Positions 40,936-52,960 of a stretch of DNA of 64,000 nucleotides are shown here, piece by piece (within the stretch, counting starts at the first letter, position 1; every line of letters starts with the position of its first letter). Origin of the DNA: Eledone cirrhosa (Eukaryota); NCBI GenBank assembly GCA_964016885.1, contig OZ024743.1, positions 21,638,001-21,702,000 on the forward strand, written 5' to 3'. The translations under genes were made by a program, and so were the position numbers. Below the pieces are notes generated by a model. It ran no database searches and had not been told where the DNA came from. It was given only the letters and a program-made list of their open reading frames with translations.

Positions 40936-41254
40936 GTCTAATGTGGTTTCATTTTTTATTAGACCTTGTGTTATGCTTTAACAATAGGCCACAAAGTTGT
41001 GTATAGCTTAAGGCCAGAACAGTCTAAACAGTATTTATAGGACCCCCAGCAAAGCAGTGTACTGGGGTCACTATCAACTGAGTTCAAGTGACGTTAACAT
41101 ATACGGTTTTAGGTTATGTAGCGTGTGCGATACATGCATGTACGTCTGGTTGTAGAGATGAACATGATACTAAATCAAACGCGAATGCCAATGCACACTT
41201 GTTATATGAATTAGCATTAATATTGTCCATTATCTTTAGTATATTCCAGTTGAG

Positions 41255-41500
41255 GTGTAAAGTACCTAGCTCACCCTGTAAGGTGGTAGTGCCGGAGTCA
41301 CGATGAAATGCTCCTAAGCCCCAGTACACGTTGCAAAGTGGTTGGCGTTAGGAAAGACATCCAGCCGTAGAAACCAAGCCAACATCAATGCATACGAGCA
41401 AGACTTAGTCACTTAACTAAGTTAAACCCAGTAGGTGACAACCCGCTCAACCCATACAAACATGGAAAATAGGCGTTATAAGGTTATGATAATGATGATG
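41255..41500 (+). mobile_element. SINE/RTE-derived 3' segment with a (GAT)n tail
   Basis: AAAGTGGTTGGCGTTAGGAAAGACATCCAGCCGTAGAAACC...AACCCATACAAACATGGAAAATAGGCGTT then GATAATGATGATG, homologous to the RTE 3' UTR at 58700-58985. Confidence 0.65.
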
Positions 41501-43378
41501 CTAAATAGGCATTTCCAAATAAATATTTAGTTATAGATAACAAATCACACCATACATACATAGATTATATAGCATGGTGCCCCTCTATGCTCATGGGCAC
41601 CTCGGGTAACTATTGTGGTGCCATGAGCTACAACGGCCCTGCTTAGATCCTCACCATGACTAAATCTGAGACTGCCTGTATCCCTAGTAGAAAGTAGCTT
41701 ATTTTTTTCTCTATTTCCGTAAGCACAACAACTTTTATTCGTAATTTCGATTTTTTAAAACATTAGATGTCAGGTTGTTTGTTTATTTGTTTTATTATTT
41801 TTCTTTTGTTCAACGTATGTAATATTCCTTTCCTTAATTCATTCACCAATATTTACCGTGATTAACGTTGATTTATATTGCACACACACACACAATACAC
41901 CGAACAGAGCCCAAAGGGTGTTGAACAATTACATATATACAAACACATAAGTTATGAATGCGTGAAAAAGTCATTTTATAGCCAGTCCAAAAAATTAAAA
42001 AATACTGTTAACTTTATTTTATATATAAATAAGTCATTTATTCCACGGGATCAAAATTTTCGTTGCACTGTCTGATCTGGTTACTGACAATGCGACGAAA
42101 TGTTGATACCCGGAAATAATAGATAAATATAAAGTAATTAACAGTTTTTAATAGCTATAAAATTGACTCTTTCCACGCAGGAATTATTGTAGTTTCAACA
42201 CATGGTCTCATGTGTTGGTGTGTGTGAATTTCTTAGTTTACTTACAATTACTACTAAGACACTGGATGAGTTTCTGCATTGTTGCTTGTGTAATTAGAAA
42301 TAGCAGCCAAATGTTCCTCAAATTACACTATAGACTCTAATTAGGGGTCACCATGGAGAAGATGATGCTAGATATACTTGGAAGAGCTTAATCGCATTTT
42401 CTCTATCCCTATTTCATCCCCAAAATTAGGTTAGACGGGTGAGGAAAACGACGAAATGCCGATACATAGTTCGAAATAAAGACGAAATAGTCAAGACTGA
42501 AGTGGTTTTGATAGTAAGTCTACTTAAAATGAGCTCATCTGGGATTAAACAATAAAACATTAAAAAATAAAACCGGAGAAACAGAAAATGTCAATCCCCA
42601 AAGTTTTGTTTACAAGAGATAAGTAAATCTTTTACGTACACATTGAAAAATTAAAGAATTTATTCGAAATGTTTTTTTAAAATTGCATCATCTCTTCTAT
42701 AAATATGATAACAAAACGGATATGCAGCTTGTCTTACTGTAACATAGCATATGGTAAATATATATGAACAGGACATGAACACAGAAAAAAAGAGAAAGGG
42801 AGGCTTCGGTGATACTAAAACAAATATTTCGTTAATTCCATCCAATAAATAAATTAATTCAGCCCAAATATTGCTGTACTCAATGTGTTTTCAGTTTGTA
42901 AACACACAGTAGAATCACATCCGCATAAGCAGCATGAATAATGGTATTTGAAGAAAATATTATCTACATTTAAATATGTATAACATTTTACAGAAATTAT
43001 CTAGAATTTAGTCAATATAAAGCAAATATTTTAGTAAAGCAATTGGAAATATTTTCTTTGTTTTTGTCGGCGATTATTTATTTTATTTACTTTTTTTGTG
43101 TATTTTCTTTCATACAAAAAGTAATTAAAAAAAAACTACTACAACGATCGTCACGAATAATAATATATTCTTATAATAATAAATATATATATATTCTTAA
43201 AAAGTAATTTGATCACGCAACTTACAATTGAATGCATATTCCGAATACTCGCTTCCATCCATTCCAATAACAACTGTTCTACCTTCGGACGCCGACATGA
43301 TTACAAACAATTCTTTTCTCCACTGCAAAACGAATTACTCAAAGTAAGCCAAACGACTGCAATTGCGACCAACCACCT

Positions 43379-43431
<53 letters not shown>

Positions 43432-45060
43432 GACGTGCGTATGAGGGCAATGCTGTCTGCTGAAACCACCTGATATTAACTCCTCCCCCCACTTGCGTGT
43501 ACTTTAACCTTTGTAATGAGAAGCGCTTGACATCTTATTTCACGGAGACAACCCCTCTCTATATCTATCTGTATATATTTAGATATAATATTTATTCACT
43601 TTATACACACTTTTCCCGATATTAAAACTAACTCTACTATATATGATTGACCTACATATCCGGCCCGAAGGGGGAAAATGCTACTTCGTTCATTGATTGT
43701 AGAAAATCTAAAACAATTGGGTAGTAGTGATGTTGATAGGGTTTCTACGCATGGGGAACTGTAGGATATCAAACATGATTTCTCTTATTTTCTCTATAAT
43801 CATATCGATTTATTTTTGGCTAGTCACTAGATGGTAGATGGTTAAATTTTGAAGAGGTCTGTATGTTCATAGCCGATCGGATCGACACCAGTATCTCGAA
43901 GACCATGTTCGATCTTCTATAAGCAGCAATCAAATCTCTGAAATCTCACTTTATCGTCTTAATAATAGAAATGACACTCTAAATACTATATCTGAAAAAG
44001 ATTGGATAATCACCACTGGAAAGTCTTTAATCGTCCATCTACTAAGTCAGAGCTGACAGTTAAACAGCAGCAACAATAACAATTGCTACTTACACTATCA
44101 TCCCTTCGTTTCCTACCATACACGCCGAGGGATAAAAAGATAATTTAAAGAACCCCGTTATTTGAACCCAATTATCACAGTTTACATTCTAAGTGCTATA
44201 AGATATTTATAAAATTGTAGAATCTTAGGAAAGTGGTGGTGTTTCTTGACGGAAAACCATACAAAGAGTTTCAACAGTGGAATAATATTTATGTCGTGAG
44301 GAAGAAAAGAAGTCCTATGCTCCGCGAAGAACGATTTCTTGGAGAAATAAATTAGTGCAGTATTCTCGCGTCTGCCAACACTTGACGCTATTACTGTTTA
44401 CTATATATTAATTCAAAGTGTTCGTGTCTGCCAACATTCTACACTATTATTGTTTACTACACACTCACCAAATACCCCTCTACTTTATTTAAAAGAAAGA
44501 AAAGGAAATAACTCATTCACATCTGCTAATATTTTAAGAAATTTATTAACGAAAGCTTAACAACTTGAAGATGAAACAGCTGGGTTGATAGATTTGATAA
44601 CACATGCTCGTTAGATCAATTATGCTACCGGCATTTTTATCGTAACATTATTACAAAAATATCTACATTGCTTCAGATCACCTACTTATTAAGGATACAC
44701 CGAAATCTTTTATTGATTCAAAATTTCATATTTAGCTGTATATATTTACAAACAGGAAGAAAATAAAAATAAAAACAAATCAAAAAGTATTTTTTTAAGG
44801 AAGAGGGAAATGGAGAGGGGGAAATTCTACGATCTTGATCGTGCTCAGCGGATATATATATATTGGGCTTTTAAGAACATCATTTCCTTCGTAGTCGGTC
44901 CAGACAAAACTAAATGACTTTTAAGTACAAAATTAGCAGTAGCGTGAATAACTTCGTTTTGCACCACTGTGAATGGAAGCAGATTTGAGTGCAGGGTAAC
45001 AGCAACTACCGACCTCCCTCTCACAAAGTCTATCTTGGCCGCTTTTGCTGTAGCCACCAG

Positions 45061-45490
45061 AACTTATAGATACACGGGACGAGCTCATGAGGAAAGAGGG
45101 ACAGTGGGGGCTCTACGTGATCATTTGATCTGCTAGAAATAGCAGCCAAATCTCCCTCAAATTACACCCACCGATTGCTAATAGTTACAGATATAGAGGG
45201 CAAGCTATGGAGGTGGAAAGGGCGCTACGTAATCATTCTACCTGCTAGAAATAGCAGCCAATTTTTCATAATATCACACCTTATCACTAGAACCTATCGA
45301 TATATAGAACGAGCCAACATGTAGAGACGTAGTCATTCGACTTGCTAGAAATAGCAGCTGAATCTCCCTAAGATCACACCCTACCATCACCAATACTTAG
45401 ATATAGAGGACGAGTCAACGAGGGAGCCTCTACGCGGTCGTTCGACCTGCTAGAAATAACAGATAAATCTTCCTAAGAGCAATCCTACCA
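45061..45490 (+). repeat. Four diverged tandem copies (~105-120 bp) of a dispersed repeat unit
   Basis: Recurring TAGATATAGAGG...CTACGTGATCATTCGACCTGCTAGAAATAGCAGCCAAATCTCCCT...CACACCCTACC. The same core appears singly near 42290, 43910 and 46680. Confidence 0.75.
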
Positions 45491-45665
45491 TCTTTAAAAA
45501 AGAAAAAGGAAAAAAGAAATGAAATACACATTCGATGGTGGGTGAAATAAAAGGATAGGATAGTCACGGATGGCAAGTCTTTAATCAACCATCTACTCTA
45601 TATGAACTGAACAATAGATATACATAACCCTAGCAGACAGTGGAGAGGGACCAACAGCCCCAGAC

Positions 45666-45869
45666 CAGGCATGTCAAACTAAGGGTCCCCCGAGGGCCAC
45701 ATAGGTCACATATGTGTTATCTGAGGGCCACACATGACAACTAATGCGCACATTACACATTTTTTTATTTTATATTATGAAGATAAAACATGCTCGCGTT
45801 GTAAAAACCTTTGTGCGGGCCGCAGGTGTGCTTGTAAAGGGCCCGAGGGCCGCATGTTTGACATGCCTG
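45666..45869. mobile_element. hAT-type MITE, 204 bp
   Basis: Perfect 14-bp TIR CAGGCATGTCAAAC / GTTTGACATGCCTG, flanking direct repeat CCCAGAC, and subterminal GAGGGCC motifs. Confidence 0.85.
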
Positions 45870-46465
45870 CCCAGACTACACTACTATATCCCTTATTCTA
45901 AACTACTGTGTTTGAGTGTACCTAGTACTTATCTAAAGCACTGGATTTCAATTTTACCTGACCAATCAACTGAGCATCTTTATAGCATGTGCTTCATTAA
46001 GTCAAGTTTGTATGGGGGAAGAAAGATATTGGCAATAGACTAGCATTCTCTCCAAGAGCAATTTTGTTTCACATCATGGAGCTATATAACCTAGGGTTGT
46101 ATAACAAAAGTCATACAACAATCTAAAATAAAAACAAAATACTTCTGTTGTAAATTTAGTTAGTGTATTGTGTTTGTTATTTTATTATATATGTACCTTT
46201 CTTTTTATTTAACTTTGAATATTCCTCAACTATTATGGCTATGGGCTTGCGCTTTATCCAGATCTATTGTCTTTATTTGTAGAGGTAAAATGGGAGTAAA
46301 GATAGGGATACCAGCCCGACCAAAACTGGTCTATTATACAAAACCAAACATTTCAAAGGACACATGTCTAAATCAAAATATTTTAAGTAATGTTACAAAT
46401 GCTATCTTAATAATGAAATAACTAATAATTTTAGTAAAACCGTTCAAATTCTTCATTAATTGAAG

Positions 46466-46550
46466 TTACAATTATCATATCTTTACAATTATCATATCTT
46501 TACGATTATCATATCGTTACAATTATCATATCGTTACAATTATCATATCT
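46466..46550. repeat. 17-bp minisatellite (TTACAATTATCATATCT) x5
   Basis: Read directly from the sequence. Confidence 0.9.
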
Positions 46551-47410
46551 TAATTCAGACATCTGAATTAGGGATGTGTCAGTTAAAGTTATCTGAAGGT
46601 GAAAGGGTCAACTAAAGTTCAAAGACAAAGGTCAGTACAACTACGATCACGATCACGTACAAAAATTCGAGAGGCGTCGCTACATGGTCATTCTATCTGC
46701 TAGAGATAGCAGCCAAATCTCAAATCACCATATTGTCTAAAAAAAAAAATTTTTTAATGGTCAAGGCAAGAATGCTTTCCATCAAATGTCTGTTCAAGCT
46801 GAGTTGACCTGGTACTCATCATCATCATAGTTTAACGTTCGTTTTCCCTTCTATCAACAGTTGGATGTGTTTTACTCAGATCAGGTTGGTACTGACTCAA
46901 CGGTGGGGTTGGAGATTGCATCTGGTTTACGTATGTTCCTGCACACCACTGAGTGCTCAGATGTACCGACAGCCTGCAACCATCTTATATACGTTTCCCT
47001 GCACTACTTGGTACTAAACAACAATGCCAAAATGTCTTCAATTAGAATTACCTTGAAATTTAAAGCTTCTGCCTCATACAAGTTTGAGAGGGTGATTTAC
47101 ATTATATCTGGAACATGGTTCCATATAGAAAAACATGTTCCATTGGAACCAATCAACTTCCCTCATCATTTCCACTGTGTTGTATTCTACCAAAAACCAC
47201 ACTAAATTCTTTTCCCAAATCTCCACCATAGAAATACCATTCTATAATATCCTCTCCATGCCCATATTTTCAACACAGATATAAACCTGGAGAAATTGAA
47301 GTTGGATATAAACTGCATCACTTCACTTTATCTGGGATTGACTATAAGAGTTGCAGTACTGCACCTCATTATCAAACTAATAAAAAATCTTCAAACACAA
47401 TAATATGCCA

Positions 47411-47442
<32 letters not shown>

Positions 47443-47838
47443 AACACACACAGGGCCCTGTCAGCTTTATCTCCCCTGTTTGCTGAAAATTAAAGTAAGT
47501 GAGACTGTCACTACTCTAAAACAATAGCATAAGGTCTTCGAAATGCTTTTAATTAAGCATACAGTGTATTGCAAAATACACTATATATACATTAATATAT
47601 ATATAGCTATTTCAGAGCACCAATTCTAATATATCTTTTGTTGCATCTGAGGAGCAGATCGATACTGGAGTTGGGTCCATAACTCCTATGAGTCACCTTG
47701 AGCCAATCCTCTGCGAAACAGAATAAATATTTTCTGCAATACGGAATAAATATTTTTCCTATGTGCACAAAACTTCTTCGTTTTTTTCTATCATATATAT
47801 ATATATTTAGAATGTTGAGAAGTGACACATGAGTTGAT

Positions 47839-48290
47839 ATATATTAGTAAAATAAGAAAACAGTAGAAAATGCTAATAGAATGTTCTCATAGAAAAACAG
47901 AAAAACATTTTTTAAAAAACAATTTTGGTACCAGTTTCAGTCAATAAAAATTTCAACGACTTCATGCTAGAAAAAATATGATAAAAAGTACATAATAAAG
48001 TTAAGGTGTATATTAATTAGAAGAGAATATTAGAGAACATAGTTTACATATATATAAATTCACATTTTTGTTTATCACTTTCTCTCTCTCTTCCTTGGTG
48101 GTGTGGTGGGAGTAGCAGCCAAAATAGAAGCAGTTGGGTTGTCCCCTTGTCACTGTCTGACAGCATGAAGTTGTCGAAATTTTTATCAACTGAAACCAGT
48201 ACTAAAAATGGTTTTTAAAAAAATGTTTTTCTGTTTTTCTGAAAAAATTATATTAGCATTTTCTACTGTTTTCTTATTTTCCTAATATAT
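47839..48290. repeat. Diverged inverted repeat, arms ~130 bp (47839-47968 / 48162-48290)
   Basis: AAAATAAGAAAACAGTAGAAAATGCTAATA pairs with TATTAGCATTTTCTACTGTTTTCTTATTTT, and CGACTTCATGCT pairs with AGCATGAAGTTG. Confidence 0.8.
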
Positions 48291-48329
48291 TTCTTGGAAA
48301 GAGAAGCTGACAAATAAAGAACTATACAC

Positions 48330-48588
48330 ATCACTACCACCAGTCTCAAAAATAGTTGCCTGCAGACGAATGAAACTGGCTGGGCACTGCATCCATCATC
48401 CAGAAGAGATAACATCACAATTTATGCTCTGGAAACTGGCAGTCACACAAAGAGGCATGGGAAGACAGGCTGTCTCATTCATTGATACCCTGCTGAGAGA
48501 TGACAACATTGAGAACATCGATGAACCGAGAAATGTCATGCTCGGCCGGGACGGTTGCAAGTGTAAACTCGGCCGAAGAAGAAGAAGA
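48330..48588 (+). mobile_element. Old RTE-like LINE 3' fragment with a (GAA)n tail
   Basis: RRMKLAGHCIHHPEE...LW...RGMGRQAVSFIDTLLRD, the C-terminal RR..L.GH and GR...ID motifs of RTE-type RTs. Confidence 0.65.
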
Positions 48589-48591
48589 TAT

Positions 48592-50924
48592 ATCATCATC
48601 ATCATCATCATCATTTTACGTCCGCTTTTCCCTGCTTGCAAGGGTGGGACGGGTCTTATTCAGCACAGCATCTCTCCACTCGTCACGGTCCCTCGTCATC
48701 TCCACCGTGAGCTTCAATGATCTGAGGTCTGTTCTCACCACCTCCGCCCATGTTTTTCGTGGTCTACCTCTACCACGTCTTCCTTCAACTGACATTTCCT
48801 GGCACTTCTTCACCCATCGGTCATCCTCCATGCGCATCACATGTCCATACCACCTCAGTCTCCTCTCCCGTACACTACATTCTATCCCTCTCAGACACAG
48901 TTTCTCTCTCAACACATTTATGCTGGGTCGTTCACGCACATTTACACTGCACATCCAACGGAGCATGCTTGCCTCATTTCTCTCCAGCCGTCGCATATCT
49001 TCTGCGGTAGCTGCCCATGTCTCACTACCATGCAGCATCGCGCTCCTCACACAGGCATCATACAACCGGCCTTTCGTACGCAGGGAGAAACCCTTCTTCG
49101 TCAACAGAGGAAGCAGCTCCCTAAACTTCTTCCAACCCGTCCTTATTCTAGATACTATGGCCTCGGAACACCCTCCTCCCATGCTAATCTGATCTCCTAG
49201 GTACCGGAAGCTATCCACCACTTCTATAGTGCCCTCTCGCATTTGAAAAATGTGTCTATCAGTGCGACTTCTACTGTCTAATTTCCCTGTACATCTACTG
49301 CATACATATTTCTCCCTACCTGTTAGTTTGCCTGCTATCCCGCTACATCTCTTGTGTACCCAGGACCTACATTGTGTGCATTTTATAGAATTTATGCCAG
49401 TTCCTTTTCTGCATATCGAACATGGCCATTTCCCTGACGGAATCAGGGTTTTGTCCTCTTTTCTACTCATCAACACTTTTGTCTTAGCTAGATTTACTCT
49501 CAGTCCTCTTGCTTCCAACTGCTGTTTCCATAGCCAGAATTTATTCTCTAGCTCCTCTACTGATTCTGCCATAAGAGCCAGATCGTCAGCATAGAGAAGT
49601 TCCCATGGACAGCCAGTCTTAAACTCCTCTGTTATGGCTTGGAGGACTATAATGAACAAGAGCGGGCTGAGGACCGAACCCTGATGTACTCCTACTTGTA
49701 TCTGGAATTCCTCACTAAACTCCATTCCTACCCTGACTTTACTGAGAGTACCTCTGTACAAAGTTTGCACTGTCCTTACAAGCCATTCCTCAACACCCAG
49801 CTTCCTTAGGGACCACCAGATGACAGATCGGGGTACCCTATCAAAGGCCTTCTCTAGGTCAACAAAGGCTAAGTATAGTGGCTTATTCTTCTCTAAGAAC
49901 CTCTCTTGCATTTGTCTCACCAAGAAGAGGGCATCTGTTGTACTCTTCCCAGGCACAAAACCAAACTGCATCTCATCTAGTTTGACCCTTTCTCTAATTA
50001 GTTGTGCTAAAATCCTTTCTGCCACTTTCATAACCTGATCTATCAGTTTTATACCCCTATAATTGCTCCTCTCCAAAGCATCCCCTTTACCTTTGTAGCA
50101 ATTTATGAGAATACTGCTGCACCAGTCTTTGGGTATGACACCACCATATATAGCCTGATTGATTATGCGTGCAACCAGTTTAGTGCCTACGTCCCCTGAT
50201 GCCTTCAGCATCTCAGCAACTATTCCCGATGGTCCGGCCGCCTTACCATTTTTCATTTCCCTAATCGCCTCTTGGACCCTATATTCGTCAATCTCAATAG
50301 CTGGTCCCTCTGTCGGATCTACCAAGGGTAATTTCTCTCTCTCCCATTCGTTCTCCACATTCATCAGTCTCTCATAATGACATTTCCAGGCCTCCTTTTT
50401 CTGGTCATTCGTGACACTAAGTACACCGGCATCATCCCGGACACATTTATCACCAACAACATCCTGATTTGCATTGACACACTGCCTTGCAATGTGGAAC
50501 ACCGCACGCCTCTGATCTTCCCGTCGCAGAACATTGGCAAACCTCCTACTCTCTGCCTCCCTGCGTGCTAAGTACACCTGACGTCTAGCTTCTCTCTTAG
50601 TGGCTGTATATTCTTCCCTACTCCCACCCTTATTCCAAGCCTTCCATGCTAGTCTTTTGTCTCTAATAGCCTTATCTACACTGCTGTTCCACCACCAGGT
50701 CACTCTCTGTCTGGTTGGAGCTCTGCTCCAGCCACAGGTTTCATCAGTAGCCTTCAGCAAGTTGTCACGTAAGAACTTCCAGTTATTATCTATGTCATAC
50801 GTCTTTAAATCGTCTTCTTTTTCGTCATATACATCTTGAAGGGCTTTCCTAAATTTGAATTTTAGTGAAAGGTCTTTTAGCTTCCAGACCTTTCTTCTCC
50901 ACACCTTCCTATATGTCTCATTCC
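48592..50924 (-). mobile_element. Young 5'-truncated RTE-clade LINE with a (TGA)n tail
   Basis: Intact RT ORF running into the tail, (ATC)n at 48592-48614, 5' end abutting (TA)n at 50925. Confidence 0.95.
48616..50904 (-). CDS. RTE LINE reverse transcriptase, 762 aa, lacking the APE endonuclease because of truncation, with a PHD-like finger
   Basis: GKAAGPSGI, NYRGIKL, QFGF, AFVDLEKAFDRV, GVHQGSVLSPLLF, YADDL, FRYLG and RRLRWYGHV motifs. Confidence 0.93.
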   Translation of the reverse strand: MWRRKVWKLKDLSLKFKFRKALQDVYDEKEDDLKTYDIDNNWKFLRDNLLKATDETCGWSRAPTRQRVTWWWNSSVDKAIRDKRLAWKAWNKGGSREEYTATKREARRQVYLARREAESRRFANVLRREDQRRAVFHIARQCVNANQDVVGDKCVRDDAGVLSVTNDQKKEAWKCHYERLMNVENEWEREKLPLVDPTEGPAIEIDEYRVQEAIREMKNGKAAGPSGIVAEMLKASGDVGTKLVARIINQAIYGGVIPKDWCSSILINCYKGKGDALERSNYRGIKLIDQVMKVAERILAQLIRERVKLDEMQFGFVPGKSTTDALFLVRQMQERFLEKNKPLYLAFVDLEKAFDRVPRSVIWWSLRKLGVEEWLVRTVQTLYRGTLSKVRVGMEFSEEFQIQVGVHQGSVLSPLLFIIVLQAITEEFKTGCPWELLYADDLALMAESVEELENKFWLWKQQLEARGLRVNLAKTKVLMSRKEDKTLIPSGKWPCSICRKGTGINSIKCTQCRSWVHKRCSGIAGKLTGREKYVCSRCTGKLDSRSRTDRHIFQMREGTIEVVDSFRYLGDQISMGGGCSEAIVSRIRTGWKKFRELLPLLTKKGFSLRTKGRLYDACVRSAMLHGSETWAATAEDMRRLERNEASMLRWMCSVNVRERPSINVLREKLCLRGIECSVRERRLRWYGHVMRMEDDRWVKKCQEMSVEGRRGRGRPRKTWAEVVRTDLRSLKLTVEMTRDRDEWRDAVLNKTRPTLASREKRT

Positions 50925-51565
50925 ATATATATATATATATAAAATGAAGAAGTCAGTTTATTTGAATCTTACATCATTTTATTGATTACTTTTTTTACTG
51001 TTTCGATGGTATCTATTATGTAATAGAAACGACCTCATCAGATAGCTACTGTGTAATCCTTTATTCAATGCCGGATATGTTCCAAACACGTTTTGATATA
51101 TATATATATGTACATATATAAATATAATTTCAGCGAGATTCGTATTTCAGCTACGGTCAAAAACAAAGCACTCCATGGACCAAATAGAGACCAGAGCAAT
51201 AAACATAGGTTATAAAGGCCAAACAAACTGAGATGGCGGTCAAGAAGCCATCAACCACCTAAGCCAAAAAGACGAGGCAAGCCAAACAGGTCAAACAAAA
51301 TAAATGAAATATTTACCCGGACCCTAGGAAAAGATGGTATAATCCAGTACAGGGTTTCTGTGACACCTAAATCAATTATACTGCCTGCTTAAAATAATAA
51401 GCTTCTGGTATAATGATCAATATATATATATATATGTCCAGACCCATACTAGCGTGGAATATGGACGTTAAATGATGATGATGATGATGATGATGATGAT
51501 ATCACCTCTCACGCCCTAACATTCCACCAACGCCCTTACCCTCCCCTGCCTCATCCCTCTGTCCA

Positions 51566-51736
51566 CACTGTAAATGCGGTTGGCATTAGGAAGGGCATCC
51601 AGTCATAGAAACCAAGCTAGAAATAGCTCTGTATGAGTAAGACGTGGTCACCTGACCTGACTTGTCTCAAATAGGGCAACTCATCTAACCCATACTAGCA
51701 AGGGAAAATGGGCATTAAACGGTGATGATGATGATC
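51566..51736 (+). mobile_element. SINE/RTE-derived 3' segment with a (GAT)n tail; a second tail fragment lies at 51436-51500
   Basis: CACTGTAAATGCGGTTGGCATTAGGAAGGGCATCCAGTCATAGAAACC...AACCCATACTAGCAAGGGAAAATGGGCATTAAACGGTGATGATG. Confidence 0.7.
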
Positions 51737-52769
51737 ATCATCATCCATCTATAGCTCTAAAATTTACATATACACAATGCATTTCCTATTCTAGTCATGT
51801 TGCTACTGTAAGATCGTTTTCTAATCACAAGGACATAGATTCTTACCTCATATTTGTCCCTGTAAATAGTTATTTCTCCAAAGTTATTCAACTATTTCTT
51901 CCAGTATGTCATTTGTACATATATGAACACATATAATTATATCCTATAAATAAATTATTAGAATATCAATCTTATCTTTATACTCTTGCAGCTGCCAATA
52001 ATCAACATAAACTATGGGGCTTCTCTTTTGAAAACCATTAATTTATCAAAATATAAAATTCCCAGTTTGTAGAATTGTTCATATATCCAGTAATCCTGGA
52101 TATATAGTATACTGATTCTGAATGCCAAAAGTAAACATGTTAAATGTTATTGCCTTCATTACAGATGACATGATCTATTGGTTATAAAATAAAACACTTG
52201 TTTGAAAGAAAAATCCAGTCTCTTGATATGGTATTTTTGTATTTATTTATGTTTTGTTCTGCCACCACTCATAAATAACATAATTACTGTAGGATACTAG
52301 TGGAAAAGATTGACTGTGAGCTTTGCAAATTACTTCAGTGGGGTTCCCTTTTCAGTTTGTACATAAACCTCACCACTTAGTTCATCATTATTAATATATC
52401 CTCTTCTTCCTTCACATTGAGAACACATTTATAATAAGTTTGTCTTAGCTTGTCTTCTCAAGATGATCCATATATTTGTCAGCAATTGGTGTCTTTATAT
52501 GCTTTTCCACTGAAAAATAAATAAGATGGAAATGTTTTTTTCTTTTCTATCCCACTATCTTAAATAGGGAATTGGCAGAGTTGTTAGAATGTTAGATAGA
52601 ATGCATTTTTCTGGTTCTTTACATTGAGATCAAATCCTTCCATACATCTATTATTTCAGATTAAAAAGAATTCATTATTTGCTCCAGTTCATTGTGCTCT
52701 GAGTATAAATACCACCGAGATCAACTTCACCTTTTATCCTTTCAAGTTTGATAAATAAAGAACCAATTC

Positions 52770-52960
52770 AATAATTGTTTCTATTTTTGGCACAAGGCCA
52801 TCAATTATCCCAGTGTATTACTGGTACTTTATTTTATCGACCCTGTAAGGATGAAAGGCAAAGTTAACCTCGGCAGGATTTGAACTCAGATCATAAAGGG
52901 CCATAACTCTTTGCTGCAAAGTATGGCGTCAGACCCTCTACCGATACTGCCAATCCACAC
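52770..52960 (-). mobile_element. Nin-like SINE inserted into or next to an older plus-strand SINE (~52570-52770)
   Basis: High similarity to 37291-37477. Confidence 0.8.

Noticed and set aside
48500-50839. Plus-strand ORFs over the LINE, and antisense ORFs at 39017, 57457, 57910, 62694, 63114 and 63555
   Set aside because: They are shadow frames of transposase or RT coding sequence.
51840-52520. Possible minus-strand host exons (acceptor TTTTCAG near 52511; AG..GTAAGA near 51845-51862)
   Set aside because: All frames hit stops quickly and there is no recognisable protein, so they cannot be supported without transcript data.
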